Source: a virus. From it: 64,000 nucleotides of DNA. The translations under genes and the position numbers were made by a program. The stretch's first letter is position 1. Each line of letters starts with the position of its first letter. Positions 49,198 to 60,000 of the stretch are shown here, in pieces. The stretch spans positions 13,729 through 77,728 of IMG/VR virus record IMGVR_UViG_3300028610_001024, one strand, 5' to 3'. The notes under the pieces are model-generated. The model was not told the origin of the DNA. It did not search any database and saw only the letters and a program-made list of their open reading frames with translations.

Positions 49198-49224
49198 GCG
49201 GGTATACTCTACCCGCATCTTTTT
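49198..49224 (+). terminator. Rho-independent terminator
   Basis: GCGGGTA-TACTC-TACCCGC-ATCTTTTT. Confidence 0.65.
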
Positions 49225-49292
49225 CCCTGGATATGTAGTTTTTTTATCCTTCACCCTGGAGTCACTTCTAACCTTTTTAAAGGAAGTAACTC

Positions 49293-50201
49293 ATGTCCAC
49301 AATTGGAAAAACTGAGCAACTCAGAGACGCACAGAGGGTTATAATTGATCCTTTAGGAGAAGACTTAGCTTTCGAGCTACGAGGAGAAGCTACTATAGGG
49401 CTTGTAGAACAGACACTATGGACAGCGAACGTAACAAAACATTGGAATTTAAATGCTGAATCGTTTTATATAGCATCAGATGAAGAAAATGATAAAGACG
49501 TGGAAATATCTCTAGTAGTATTAAGGGAAGGAGGTATTCAAGAGTCTTTATTTGTATTTACAGATGTAACTGATGGTAGAACCCCTATACTACTTCCAGG
49601 GGGTAATATGTTAGCTATTCAGCATGGTATCGCACTGGGAGCTATAGAAGGTGATATATGGATAGGTAGAGATGGGCCATCATTTAGTATGGGTGTACCC
49701 TCTAATGTTCCCGGTAATCCTATAGGTGGAGGAGAAGTAGAAGGTCATATAGCAAAGGATAAACTAGTTACACGTCACCCATTTTTTACTATTCCACATA
49801 GGATTACTAACCACCATTATCAGGATAAATGGAGAGCCTTAGTAGTTAGAGGTCAACATTACTGCACTGAAAAGGTAGAGGTAGCTATTTATGCTTATCC
49901 TGCACTGATTACTAGTGGTAAACCCCGCTGGGAATTAGATAGACAGAGTTTTAGTGGGAATAGTACACCATTTGAGTTTTCTCCTGCAATAGGTGTAATT
50001 AGAGGTGAACCATATATATCTCCCGACTTGCGTGCTGGATTACTCTCGTCTCAAGGTGAAAATAGAATTTTTCTAGCAGGTAGTAGGTTTGAAGTGACAG
50101 GGATATCTAAGATGGGGGCTAATGTAAGTGTACAGAGTAGGGTGACCATTGCGTTAGTTAGAGATGGGACTGAGTTTCAAAGGGATTTATCCCCTCCGTA
50201 G
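49293..50201 (+). CDS. Hypothetical beta-rich protein, possibly virion-associated
   Basis: 302-aa ORF; AAGGA SD. Confidence 0.6.
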   Translation: MSTIGKTEQLRDAQRVIIDPLGEDLAFELRGEATIGLVEQTLWTANVTKHWNLNAESFYIASDEENDKDVEISLVVLREGGIQESLFVFTDVTDGRTPILLPGGNMLAIQHGIALGAIEGDIWIGRDGPSFSMGVPSNVPGNPIGGGEVEGHIAKDKLVTRHPFFTIPHRITNHHYQDKWRALVVRGQHYCTEKVEVAIYAYPALITSGKPRWELDRQSFSGNSTPFEFSPAIGVIRGEPYISPDLRAGLLSSQGENRIFLAGSRFEVTGISKMGANVSVQSRVTIALVRDGTEFQRDLSPP

Positions 50202-50352
50202 ACTGAAATCTGAGTGACGGGGGTGTCAAGTTTTTGTGAGTGAGTTGTAGTTAGATTTATATGAGTAGGGTTGACTCAAGTTCTATGCTACTGTGCTAGA
50301 GAAATTATGTTCGTCTTATATAGGGGTGGGGATGAAAATAGTTGAGAAAAGA

Positions 50353-50382
50353 CTTGACATGAACAGGGTGGGGTATTAGGGT
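50353..50382 (+). promoter_or_regulatory. Sigma-70-type promoter, copy 1
   Basis: TTGACA-N17-TAGGGT; 27 bp identical to 61612-61638. Confidence 0.75.
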
Positions 50383-51271
50383 GGTCTTGGCTGCTGGCGG
50401 TCGAGGCCTATGGGTGAGGACATTGACGTCGACCGTCAGTAGTCTCTCTCTAAGTCTACGTTTGCTTGTGAGAGACGATCCTTGAATCTTGGTCCTCGTG
50501 TGCGTGCGGTAGGTGTGCGTGTGGTAGAGGATCTAGAATCTACGTACCGTATCCAATTCAGGGTGCGGTAGAGTGGAGATACAACAATGAAGAAATGGGA
50601 CGTGATGGTGCAGGTGGTTGGGTGGGTGAAGATAGGGATGGTAGAGGCTAAGAACGAAACTGATTATTTAAGTCCAACTAGTGTCGAAATAGAAGTTTGT
50701 ACAATTTGTGACCTTTTAACTAAGTTAGGAGTATCTTTACCAAGAAATAAAGGTTTACAGTATCTTACATCTAAGCTATGTTCTCTATTCCAAGAGGTAA
50801 AAAACTTCTCATATACAACAAATGAAGTTAAAATTGGTGATGTAGAATCAAGTGAGATAAAACAAATACTCCTTAGAGATGTAAATTTGGTGGAGGGGCC
50901 ATCAAGATAGCAGATAAAAAGAGAGTAGAAAAAGAAGTACAAAGTGAGGAGAGGAAGTCTAGTAGAAGAGCAGCACTTCTTAAATTTAACTCCTTATGAG
51001 AGGAAGTTAGATATGAACGAACAAATACAAATTGATGAACTTCGACGTGAGTTAGCTGAGCAAAAAGAAAAGCTTGGACTACTTGAGGAGAAGTGTAAGT
51101 TGTCTGAAGCGTCAACAAATACTACATGTAATAAATTCATGAAAGTTGCGGATGATACTATGGAGTTGGTACAGAAGATGTCCACTGTCATGGATAAGGT
51201 AACAAAGAAATATCCAGTTGAACCAGTAGATCCACTTTGGAGTCTAAATTGAAAATGCAGACTACACCACT

Positions 51272-51811
51272 ATGTATACATTCTCAGTAGATGAGCTAAT
51301 CGAAGCGCATACGGGTAGGTCTACCCAAGAAACAGCTAAAATATTAGGCTGTTCTGTTGGTATTGTCTATGCTAGGTGTAAAAAATATAATCTGTTCTAT
51401 CTCAGATTCCAGTATAGACAAGCTAAACAAAGGGAGCGCCTTGAAGAATGTCTTAAAGGTACAACGCTTAAAGAAGCTGGAGAAGGCTTAGGTATATCCA
51501 AACAGGCTGTAAAATCTTTAATAAACACCTATGAGATAGACAGAGAAAAGTTTCCTCATAGTGTATCAAGTAAGATTAGGTTAGACCCTGTACTAAATGG
51601 GTTAGAATTGAATATTAGAGATCTGAATAAATTGGGGTTCCAACTTCATCTTAATAGCGGTTCTAATATGTTTCCCGGTAGGAGTTTTAGAAGTAGGTGT
51701 TTAAATAAAACTATTAAGGCACTCTCTAGAGATGGTTGGTCGATAAAGGATATAACTGAAACGTGTAGAACGAGTAGAAGTAATGTATCAAGGATTAGAA
51801 GGGGATACTAA
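51272..51811 (+). CDS. Multi-HTH DNA-binding protein
   Basis: QETAKILGCSVGIV, TLKEAGEGLGISKQAV, WSIKDI..TSRSNVSRI. Confidence 0.75.
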   Translation: MYTFSVDELIEAHTGRSTQETAKILGCSVGIVYARCKKYNLFYLRFQYRQAKQRERLEECLKGTTLKEAGEGLGISKQAVKSLINTYEIDREKFPHSVSSKIRLDPVLNGLELNIRDLNKLGFQLHLNSGSNMFPGRSFRSRCLNKTIKALSRDGWSIKDITETCRTSRSNVSRIRRGY

Positions 51812-51820
51812 ATTTTTAAA

Positions 51821-51893
51821 GGGACCATAGCTCAGTGGTTAGAGCCACCGGCTCATAACCGGTTGGTCGACGGTTCAAGTCCGTCTGGTCCCA
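51821..51893 (+). tRNA. tRNA with CAT anticodon, most likely tRNA-Ile2 (lysidine, reads AUA); CCA not encoded
   Basis: Cloverleaf GGGACCA/TGGTCCC, AGCTCAGTGGTTAGAGC D-arm, CCGG-CTCATAA-CCGG, GGTTCAAGTCC; paired 1-72 so not initiator; resembles Ile2 tRNAs. Confidence 0.9.
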
Positions 51894-52322
51894 TTACATT
51901 TAGATAAAAAGGAAATAATGAAACTTCAGCAGAAAAAGTCTAAAGAGATTCCTCCAGGTGGGGGTGCATGTTACTGGTGTGATGGTCAACTATATAGAAA
52001 TAGTAAAACCAAGGAGTGGACCTATCTTGAAATAGAGGATAATGGGTATACCCGTAGTGTACATGTACATCAGTGTGGAGGGCCTAATGGAGAATCAGTG
52101 TTTAAGGATAGGGTGGAGTACTTAAAAGGAGAGTTAAAATGATCGCATGCTTAGTCTATAAGTGTCGAATGTGTGGTGATAGAATCGACCATAAAACAGA
52201 AGCACCAATTGAAGGTATGAGCTATCTTCTATACTGTATATCAGGGTCAGACCCGGAAATCCCAGTAACTTTAACTATAGTTCACAAATGTAGCTCTACT
52301 AAAAGAGGCCTTGCTGATTTAA

Positions 52323-52958
52323 TTGGAGCACATGAGGTATCTCAGTGACTACGATAACGACGGTAATCCTATGAAAACTGAACAACAAGAACTCGATTCA
52401 TTACTATATGATATTGATGGTAATTTCATCCCATTCCCAGACTTAGCATGCGTGACCTGTAATAAAACTCCTGCTGATGGAGAGTTTAGCCAATCGGGGT
52501 ATATATCTGTGCCTATTTGTTTAGAAGGAGATTGTATTGATAAGGAAATAGCTAGAAGGAAAAGAGTAAAGGAGTATCTAGCAGATAAGCAAGTTCGTGG
52601 TGTGACAGTTCCACCAGTGCCAGTGTACAGTGAGAAATTAGATGAAAAATTTGACCCATTTTATGATGAGGTAAAGAAAATGAGAACTAGAATGATACTC
52701 CCACACACGTACATGTACCCAACTACTCAACAATTAATGGATGACTTAACGGCTATTGTTTTTGGTTCACATGAAAAAGCACTATATCAAAAGGATGTAG
52801 ACTCCTCTCATGATTGGATGCTTGGCTCAGCTAATGATTGGTGGGCGACTTTACTAGGTGGAGTGGTGATAGTTGACAGTAGGTTACCGTTTCTAGAAAA
52901 GCATAGTGCTATTAGGGTTTTTCTAAAGTCTAAAGGAGCTGTAGAAGATGAAAAGTAA
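52323..52958 (+). CDS. Hypothetical protein with zinc-finger-like motif
   Basis: CVTC...C...C. Confidence 0.5.
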   Translation: MEHMRYLSDYDNDGNPMKTEQQELDSLLYDIDGNFIPFPDLACVTCNKTPADGEFSQSGYISVPICLEGDCIDKEIARRKRVKEYLADKQVRGVTVPPVPVYSEKLDEKFDPFYDEVKKMRTRMILPHTYMYPTTQQLMDDLTAIVFGSHEKALYQKDVDSSHDWMLGSANDWWATLLGGVVIVDSRLPFLEKHSAIRVFLKSKGAVEDEK

Positions 52959-53277
52959 ACTAACAGTAATTTATACTGCAACATGCGAATGTAATGAGGA
53001 GCTTACTGAGATATTTGCTCAATTTGGAGAGTATGAATGTCCGAAGTGTAAGTGTAAAGCTACAGTTGAAGAAGTGCCTATTTTCGGTGTCGTTGGAGGA
53101 ACTCAACAAGTAAGATACGCTATAGGTCCTAACTCCAGGTACACTTATGGACCTTTTAATACGGTAGATAGATGTCTAGCTCTAACACCTAGTGATTTTA
53201 TATTTTCAGTAGACGAAAATGAGGACATCATCACTATTCTATATAAAGCTGTAGAAAATCAATGGATCAAATGCTAG
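52948..53277 (+). CDS. Zinc-ribbon protein
   Basis: CEC...CPKC; AAGGAG SD. Confidence 0.55.
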   Translation: MKSKLTVIYTATCECNEELTEIFAQFGEYECPKCKCKATVEEVPIFGVVGGTQQVRYAIGPNSRYTYGPFNTVDRCLALTPSDFIFSVDENEDIITILYKAVENQWIKC

Positions 53278-53358
53278 AGTGGCGGAATTGGTCTACGCGC
53301 TTGACTTAAAATCAAGTGGTTAATTACCGTGTGGGTTCGAGTCCCACCTCTAGCACCA
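53273..53358 (+). tRNA. tRNA-Leu (TAA anticodon)
   Basis: GCTAGAG/CTCTAGC acceptor, GGCGGAATTGGT D-loop, CTTGA-CTTAAAA-TCAAG, long variable arm, GGTTCGAGTCC, encoded CCA. Confidence 0.95.
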
Positions 53359-53918
53359 TAAAAACGAGATTTCTATGAAAAAGGATGGAATAAATGCTTA
53401 GGCACAAAGGTACATATACTGATCTAATCTCTAAGCTAAAACAAGTCGGCTGTAGAGATATAAAGAGATTTCCTATACCAGATGGATTCAAGTTTGAAAC
53501 TGTTGCCGGGTTAGGACTGCGAATAAACATTAAATGGTACCCAAAATCAGGTACTCTAATGGTGCAGACTAACGGACAGAGGGGAAACCAATTGGTTAAA
53601 GCTAGTAGACTGGAACGGGATAGGATAGCTAGGGAGTTGCAGAAGCGGTCTTTAAGAGGTGTTAAAATGAAAGTAAGACAGAAATGTAGTCTAATAGATC
53701 ATGACTAGATGGAAAAAAGAGATAGCTAAGCTGATGGGATTACCTCCTGAAGTAGCACTTTATAAGCTACGTATGGCTAAGGAGTGGAGAGTGAGGATGA
53801 TATACAATAAGTGCGGCCCTACGGCTACAGGGTATAACCTTAATTATTTCAGTAGACAAGAACTAACAAAAGCATTTAATCAGGATGCTATTAGGCAATT
53901 AAGATTAACACTAGAGCG

Positions 53919-56618
53919 ATGCGCATAGTAGACCCATACGGCCCTCAGCCCAATCGAGCTTTAATAGTCGGTGAAGCTCCAGGACATGAAGAAGCCCGTG
54001 AAGGTAGACCCTTTGTCGGGAAATCTGGCCGTGTACAAGAAAGGTATCTAAACCTTGGTAATAAGTCCTCAAGTAACATTCGCCTGGCTAATGTAGTAGG
54101 TGAATACCACCCAGGTAATCCTGATCCTATACCTGAAGCTATAAAGCAGTGGACTCCTATTCTACTAGCTGAAGTCCTCAAAACTAACCCTTGGATAATA
54201 ATAGCCGTTGGTAAGTATGCGGTTAAATGGTTTCTAGGTGAGAAAGCTAATATGGAACTAGTCCATGGTATTCCACACGAAGCAGGTTGCTTTGACTCAT
54301 CTAGAAAACCCCGTGGTAATGGGGCGGTAGTATTACCTGTTTATCATGTTGCCGCAGGGTTCCATAGTGAACGTATGCGAGCTATAAATATGGTTGACTA
54401 CCAGGCTGTTTGTAAGTATTTAGATCTAGTATGTAAAGGTAAGTTTACTGTAAAGGATATCGTTAAAGATGAGTATGTTAACCCTATTAGAATAGACGTA
54501 GACGGGACGACATTCGCTAGTATTATCGATGGGTATGGATCTAGTGAAATAGGGCTAGATACAGAGGATGATCGAACCTGTCCATGGAGTATTCAAGTTA
54601 GTTGTGCTCCAGGTATGGGGATGGTTTTACAATATGAGCAGTCGGATTTTCAGGTAGGTATAGGTAAACTCCAGGAACTAGCTGATAAAGGGGTGAAATT
54701 CATCTGGCATAATCTTATGCATGATTTTAAGGTATGTCGAGTGATGGGGTTAGATTTATCTAAAGCTTTACTACATGATACAATGAGAGATCTATACATG
54801 CTCCGTACGGAAAAGTGGGCGTTGAAACCTGCTGTGTATCGCTGGTGTGGGGTGAAGAATGCTAAATCTTATATGGAAGTCGTAGGACCAGTTACTAAAC
54901 TACTACGTGAACAATGGCTTGATGATATTATTACTATAGGACTTCTTGGGGATGATAAAGGTATTGGAGAGGAGCTAGGTGCATGGCCGAAGGTTGAACC
55001 GTATAAAACCTATGAAAATGATGGTATGATTAAAACACATAAGCCATGGCAGATTATACGGCAAGTGAAAATGATACTAAGGGATTCAATAGAGGGTAAG
55101 TGTAATAAGGATGGGGAACTAACAGATATAGCTGATAGGTGGGCGAAGAAACCTCAAGTAATAAAGGATATAGTTGAGAGGAGATTAGGTACCTTACCTA
55201 TGGGGTTTTTGTCAGATGTACCATTAGATGAGGCTGTAGATTATGCTGGAGCGGATCCTGATTATACGTTGAGGTTGAAATTAGCGCTGGAGCCTGAGAT
55301 AGAAAGGTTAGAGCTGGAGGATGTGCAACGTAAAGATATGCTTGCTATACCTATGTTTGAGGCTATGCAAGATCATGGGTTACCGGTGAGTAAATCAGCT
55401 TTAGAATTACTCTCACGACAAATGCAAAATCGGATGACAGTTACACAGACTAGACTGTCACACTGTTATTACAACGGAGAGCCTTTTAACCCGTCAGGTT
55501 CGAGTGATGATACTAGACTAATAATGGAAATGCATGGGCTTGAAGGGTTATTGATGACGAAGGGAGGAGTAAAGCATGATAAAAAGATGTCAACAAGTAA
55601 AGATAGTATCGGACATCTACGTTATGTTGAGGACATTGTAACGGATATCTTCTACTGGCGAGAGTGTTTACATGTAATGACTACAGATTGTACACAAGCA
55701 TTGTGTAAGTGTACACTTGAGAATCAAGATCCTGTTGACTCAGATATTTATTATGTAAAGGCACAGATTTTACCAAGTACTGTTACTAGAAGACTAGCAG
55801 CTAGAGAACCGAATGTACTAGCTATTACAAAGCATGGGGATTTCGGTAAACTAGTTCGTAGATGCTATAGATCAGTTAAAGGTAAAGTGTGGCTGGAGAT
55901 TGATCTATCACAGATAGAGGTAGCAGTAGCCGCTCATGTTTCACAGGATGAATTATTATGTAGTATCGTTAGAAGCGGATTAGATATGCATACTCAGACT
56001 GCTATGAAAGTATTTGGATTGAAGGAAGAAGAAGTAATTAAAAAGGTACATCGGTTACCATCTAAAACTACCTTTTTTGGATGGATGTTTGGACAAGGTT
56101 ATAAAGCTTTACTACAGAAGTTTCTATCGTTAGGGTTAGAAGGGTATACTGAACGCAAAGTTAGAGCCTTTCAAGATAGATTCAAACAAGAGTTGTCAGG
56201 ATTAGCAGATGCTATTAAACAATCCGAACTAGACGTCATGGAAACTGGTATAGTACGTTGCAGTTCAGGATTTATGCGGCATATCCCCGGTGTATGGTCA
56301 GAGGATGATTATATTCAAGCTGAATCGGCTAGATTCGCCTGGAGTCATATTGTGCAAGGTACGGCACAGGATATTCTACAAGGTGGAATGATTTATATTT
56401 GGCCGAGATTGTTGAGATTAAAGGAACAAGGTTATGGAGTGTGGCCGATATTAAGTATTCATGATTCGTTACTGTTTTTGGTTAATGATGATGAGGAAAC
56501 TAAATCTAAGGTGTGGGATTTAGTGCATAGTGGAATGACTGAACATCATGGGGTGGATATGGGGGATATACCAGTGAGAGCTGAGGGAGCGTTTGGGCAT
56601 AGTTGGGTGGAGTTGTAA
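53919..56618 (+). CDS. polA: Family A DNA polymerase with N-terminal family-4 UDG-like domain and 3'-5' exonuclease
   Basis: GEAPG..E...GRPFVG.SG and PVYH (UDG); LDTE, HN..HD, YA..D (Exo I-III); DLSQIE, R...K...FG..FG, VQGTAQD, IHDS. Confidence 0.92.
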   Translation: MRIVDPYGPQPNRALIVGEAPGHEEAREGRPFVGKSGRVQERYLNLGNKSSSNIRLANVVGEYHPGNPDPIPEAIKQWTPILLAEVLKTNPWIIIAVGKYAVKWFLGEKANMELVHGIPHEAGCFDSSRKPRGNGAVVLPVYHVAAGFHSERMRAINMVDYQAVCKYLDLVCKGKFTVKDIVKDEYVNPIRIDVDGTTFASIIDGYGSSEIGLDTEDDRTCPWSIQVSCAPGMGMVLQYEQSDFQVGIGKLQELADKGVKFIWHNLMHDFKVCRVMGLDLSKALLHDTMRDLYMLRTEKWALKPAVYRWCGVKNAKSYMEVVGPVTKLLREQWLDDIITIGLLGDDKGIGEELGAWPKVEPYKTYENDGMIKTHKPWQIIRQVKMILRDSIEGKCNKDGELTDIADRWAKKPQVIKDIVERRLGTLPMGFLSDVPLDEAVDYAGADPDYTLRLKLALEPEIERLELEDVQRKDMLAIPMFEAMQDHGLPVSKSALELLSRQMQNRMTVTQTRLSHCYYNGEPFNPSGSSDDTRLIMEMHGLEGLLMTKGGVKHDKKMSTSKDSIGHLRYVEDIVTDIFYWRECLHVMTTDCTQALCKCTLENQDPVDSDIYYVKAQILPSTVTRRLAAREPNVLAITKHGDFGKLVRRCYRSVKGKVWLEIDLSQIEVAVAAHVSQDELLCSIVRSGLDMHTQTAMKVFGLKEEEVIKKVHRLPSKTTFFGWMFGQGYKALLQKFLSLGLEGYTERKVRAFQDRFKQELSGLADAIKQSELDVMETGIVRCSSGFMRHIPGVWSEDDYIQAESARFAWSHIVQGTAQDILQGGMIYIWPRLLRLKEQGYGVWPILSIHDSLLFLVNDDEETKSKVWDLVHSGMTEHHGVDMGDIPVRAEGAFGHSWVEL

Positions 56619-57226
56619 ATCCAAAACAAAGGAGTAAAGCGATGACAATAGATGAGATAATTTTCAAGGCAATAGCTAATATGTTATCTAAAGAAGTTCC
56701 TGAAGTTGGGGATATTGTAGCGTATAGGGGGGTTAGGGCTAGGTCACGAGTTAATACATATAAATGTAAATACTGCTACAATAGAGTTAGAGGGAGTAGA
56801 AGAAGAAGTAGATATTTCAACTTTATTCAATGTGAATAGTGTCAGAAGTGAAGCACTTAGAATTAAAGCATTACTTTGTTGCTTTAATTCGAACTAAGGG
56901 AGTAACTAATGAGTAAAGTATCACTCGACGACATGTTCCCTGGTACGACTGAACGATTGTTAAATACCAGTTCAATTAGCTTTGAGCTCAAAAAGTGGTT
57001 AATACGTCCACCACGAGATATCGATGGACAGGTAATACCTTTTCAACAACAGGAGATAGATGATGATGACCCTAAAGATCTACGTAGCTAGTTTATTTGC
57101 CCTCACAGGTATTATAGCTCGTACGGAGTACCATAAAGAGGATGCTTACGATGTATGGGAAAGTGTTAGCCGACAAGCAATAGAAGCGGGTAAACATTTT
57201 ACAGTGGTATGGGAAGGTAGGGCTAA

Positions 57227-57481
57227 ATGAATCCCGTAAATTTTCCACAGGTGAATAGCTTACTTTACGGCGGTTCGGCTGATAGGTTCAATACTGGAGC
57301 TGATGTGTCAGATTTACAAGTTTCTAAAGTAGATAATGAGATTATCTCTTGTTGGAAAGCTAGCTGGTGGGAGAGGTTGAGTATTTTAATCTACGGTAGG
57401 GTATGGCTAAGAGTGGCAGCTAGTAATACTCATTCGCCGGTGTGTATTCAAGGGGTTAACCCCTGGAAAGGAGTTAAATAA
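57227..57481 (+). CDS. Conserved phage hypothetical protein
   Basis: P..F...N...L......ISCW..SW.ERL..L..GRVWL....H.PV. Confidence 0.6.
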   Translation: MNPVNFPQVNSLLYGGSADRFNTGADVSDLQVSKVDNEIISCWKASWWERLSILIYGRVWLRVAASNTHSPVCIQGVNPWKGVK

Positions 57482-57914
57482 TGTTAATGAAATGTGGCTG
57501 TATAGCACAAGGTAAAACAAGTAACGATAAGTCTATATGTATAACTCATATGGAAAAAATTCCTATGGAGGATCCACCAGATCTATCTGAAAGGGTTGCA
57601 AGGTGTGAGCAAAAGTGCAAGTCAGTACAGTCTAGCCCCGATTTACCATTTTTTGTCTATCAACCGGATAGGGAATTTGATACCTACTACTGTGGTTGTC
57701 GTGGCTGGAATTAGATGACAGTTCAAGAAATATTCCATTATGGTAGATTTTGTACTGTACGCGATGCGGCATCGATATTTAATCCTTATTCAGCTTATAC
57801 CACAGAAGCACTAACATGGACACTAGGGTGGATGAAAGGTAGGTGGGAAATAACAACGCTGGAAGGAAGGAAGAAGTGAGTGGAGTTCAATTTACAGTAC
57901 TAACTAGACCTAGA

Positions 57915-58262
57915 ATGACGATCAAAAACCTTATTCAAATCTGTCATAACCGTTCTATGGATAGAGGTTGGTGGGAGTCAACTCTAGAAAATCCCCTAGA
58001 AATATGTACCAAGCTATGCCTAATTCATTCAGAAGTATCTGAAGCTATGGAGGGGTATAGAAAAGGGTTAATGGATGATAAGCTACCTAATCGTTCTATG
58101 ATCGAGGTAGAATTAGCAGATGCTATAATACGTATCTGTGACTTAGCAGGGTTTTTGAAGTTGGATCTATCAGGGGCGATTGAAGAAAAGTTAAAGTTTA
58201 ATCTCACTAGGAAGGATCACGACGCCAAGGTACGAGAAGAAAGGCACGGGAAAAGGTTCTAA
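57915..58262 (+). CDS. MazG-like nucleotide pyrophosphohydrolase
   Basis: KLCLIHSEVSEAMEGYRK...EVELADAIIRICDLAG...EKL.FN..R. Confidence 0.9.
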   Translation: MTIKNLIQICHNRSMDRGWWESTLENPLEICTKLCLIHSEVSEAMEGYRKGLMDDKLPNRSMIEVELADAIIRICDLAGFLKLDLSGAIEEKLKFNLTRKDHDAKVREERHGKRF

Positions 58263-58263
58263 T

Positions 58264-58644
58264 ATGACACCTGAACAAATTCTAGTAGTAGCCCACCTTG
58301 AACGTTTATTTCTAGGGTCGAAAGATCTATTATGGGTAGGTTGTGTATTCCATGGTGAATACCAAATATTCTCTAGAAGTAAACGTGGACATGCTGTATT
58401 CATGTCAGATGCCGCCGATAGGTTAATGGAACTATGGAAAGTAGGTATTATTGAACCGTTATGGTTTAGGCCGTCGCATAGTAGGTGTGGGTTTTTAGGG
58501 CTGACATCACACGGGGTAAACTCCTATGGGATAAATGGTAATGATAAAGATAAACCTAACTGTGAAGTAGCAGCAGATTGGACGTGGGAAGTGAAAGTGG
58601 ATTGTACAAAATGGACAAAGGAGATGAGTGATGAGCTTGGATAG
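58264..58644 (+). CDS. Hypothetical protein
   Basis: ORF in coupled run. Confidence 0.5.
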   Translation: MTPEQILVVAHLERLFLGSKDLLWVGCVFHGEYQIFSRSKRGHAVFMSDAADRLMELWKVGIIEPLWFRPSHSRCGFLGLTSHGVNSYGINGNDKDKPNCEVAADWTWEVKVDCTKWTKEMSDELG

Positions 58645-59161
58645 ATTCATCTATACTCGAATAATAATGACGTTGGTTTTCTGTTCAATTATATCTGCAC
58701 TTGAACTGTTGGAAGAGATACCTGATCTACTTAATTTTGTTGAAAAGAACCCCCCCTACCTGTGATAAGAAAATGGTTACAATAACTAAAAGGGAAATGA
58801 ATGATGCCATCTATGAAGCTAGATGAAGTAGGTATAACTAAATGGGTAGAATTAGGCGGTACAAAGGAAGGATATAGAAAGGTATTGAAAATAGCTTGTG
58901 CAAGAGCAAGTTTAGACTACGCTGAGGAGGAAATACTAACAGACGAAGTTCACGATAGAACAATGTACTACATATCCATTTCTAACTTGGAGTAACCCTA
59001 ATGAGATGTGTGTGGTGTGGAGTGCCTTGTGATAAGAACGGTATTCCGATGGGAGACGATGCCCCACACGTAAATGGACAATGCTGTCCGAATGAGGATA
59101 CTTATATTCAGGTTTCTAGAGAAATGGCTCTAGACGCTCAGGATACTAGTCTTGAGGGTGA

Positions 59162-59743
59162 ATGGATAAAGTGGTAATAGCTGAAATGAACATCGAATAC
59201 TTCAAGACATCTGAGTATGCTACATGGTTAACGCTACAACCAACCTTATTACAAAAGGCTAAGGAGCTAGCTACTAATACATTTACAGGTAACGAAGACT
59301 TCTATCTATATTTCTGTGACATGGTAGCTTTTGAGTTACAGCCATTCGGTGTAATTTGTCAAGCTGCTGGGATGTTACATGATATAATTCATCTGGTACC
59401 TAGTACAAGTAGTGCTGTAAATAGTCTATCCCCTGATCTATGGGCTATTGTTGATGTGTGTACTGATAAGTCACGGAGTTCAAAGTTAGGGGATGAAGTT
59501 AGATCAGGTAATTTCTATCAAAGGTTTAAGGAGCTACAGGGACCAGAGATTAAAGTAGAAGTAGCGTATAGAATGTGTACGATTAGGAGTATTTACGAGC
59601 AGGGGTGGAAGGATGAGCTACAAGCTTATCAAAAGGAGCATAGGATGTTTAAGAAGACGTTATACCATAGGGGGGTATGTGATGGATATTGGGAGATAAT
59701 GGAGAGGTGCTTCGCTAAAGGACTAATAAATGCAAAACCGTAA
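59162..59743 (+). CDS. HD-domain protein (Mesh1/SpoT-hydrolase-like, degenerate)
   Basis: AAGMLHDII, IVD..TD, Y.KEH..F...LY; canonical K.ADR replaced by EVAYR. Confidence 0.6.
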   Translation: MDKVVIAEMNIEYFKTSEYATWLTLQPTLLQKAKELATNTFTGNEDFYLYFCDMVAFELQPFGVICQAAGMLHDIIHLVPSTSSAVNSLSPDLWAIVDVCTDKSRSSKLGDEVRSGNFYQRFKELQGPEIKVEVAYRMCTIRSIYEQGWKDELQAYQKEHRMFKKTLYHRGVCDGYWEIMERCFAKGLINAKP

Positions 59744-60000
59744 CTGCAACCTTTCACCTAGGCAATTATCTGGTACAGCCCATTTCACCTGGATGTATAG
59801 TGAAGTATTTTTTCTAGAGCTAGAAGACGGTGATTGTGCTATCTGGTCTAGTAGGATGTACCCTAAGGGTAATGGGTCGTTATTGTTAACTGACTACACA
59901 TATGAAACTTATTGTAAAGAGAAAGGTATAAGGGTAAACACATGGGGTAGAGATAAAGGGGAACATCGTATATTGGATTATCTCTCTAGGGAGGATTAAA

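Noticed and set aside
49133-49315. Poly-Met ORF in the track
   Set aside because: Alternative frame of the GAT repeat; the SD supports the poly-Asp frame from 49105
50200-50230. Antisense sigma-70 promoter (TTGACA on minus strand)
   Set aside because: Weak -10 match at acceptable spacing and no downstream minus-strand gene
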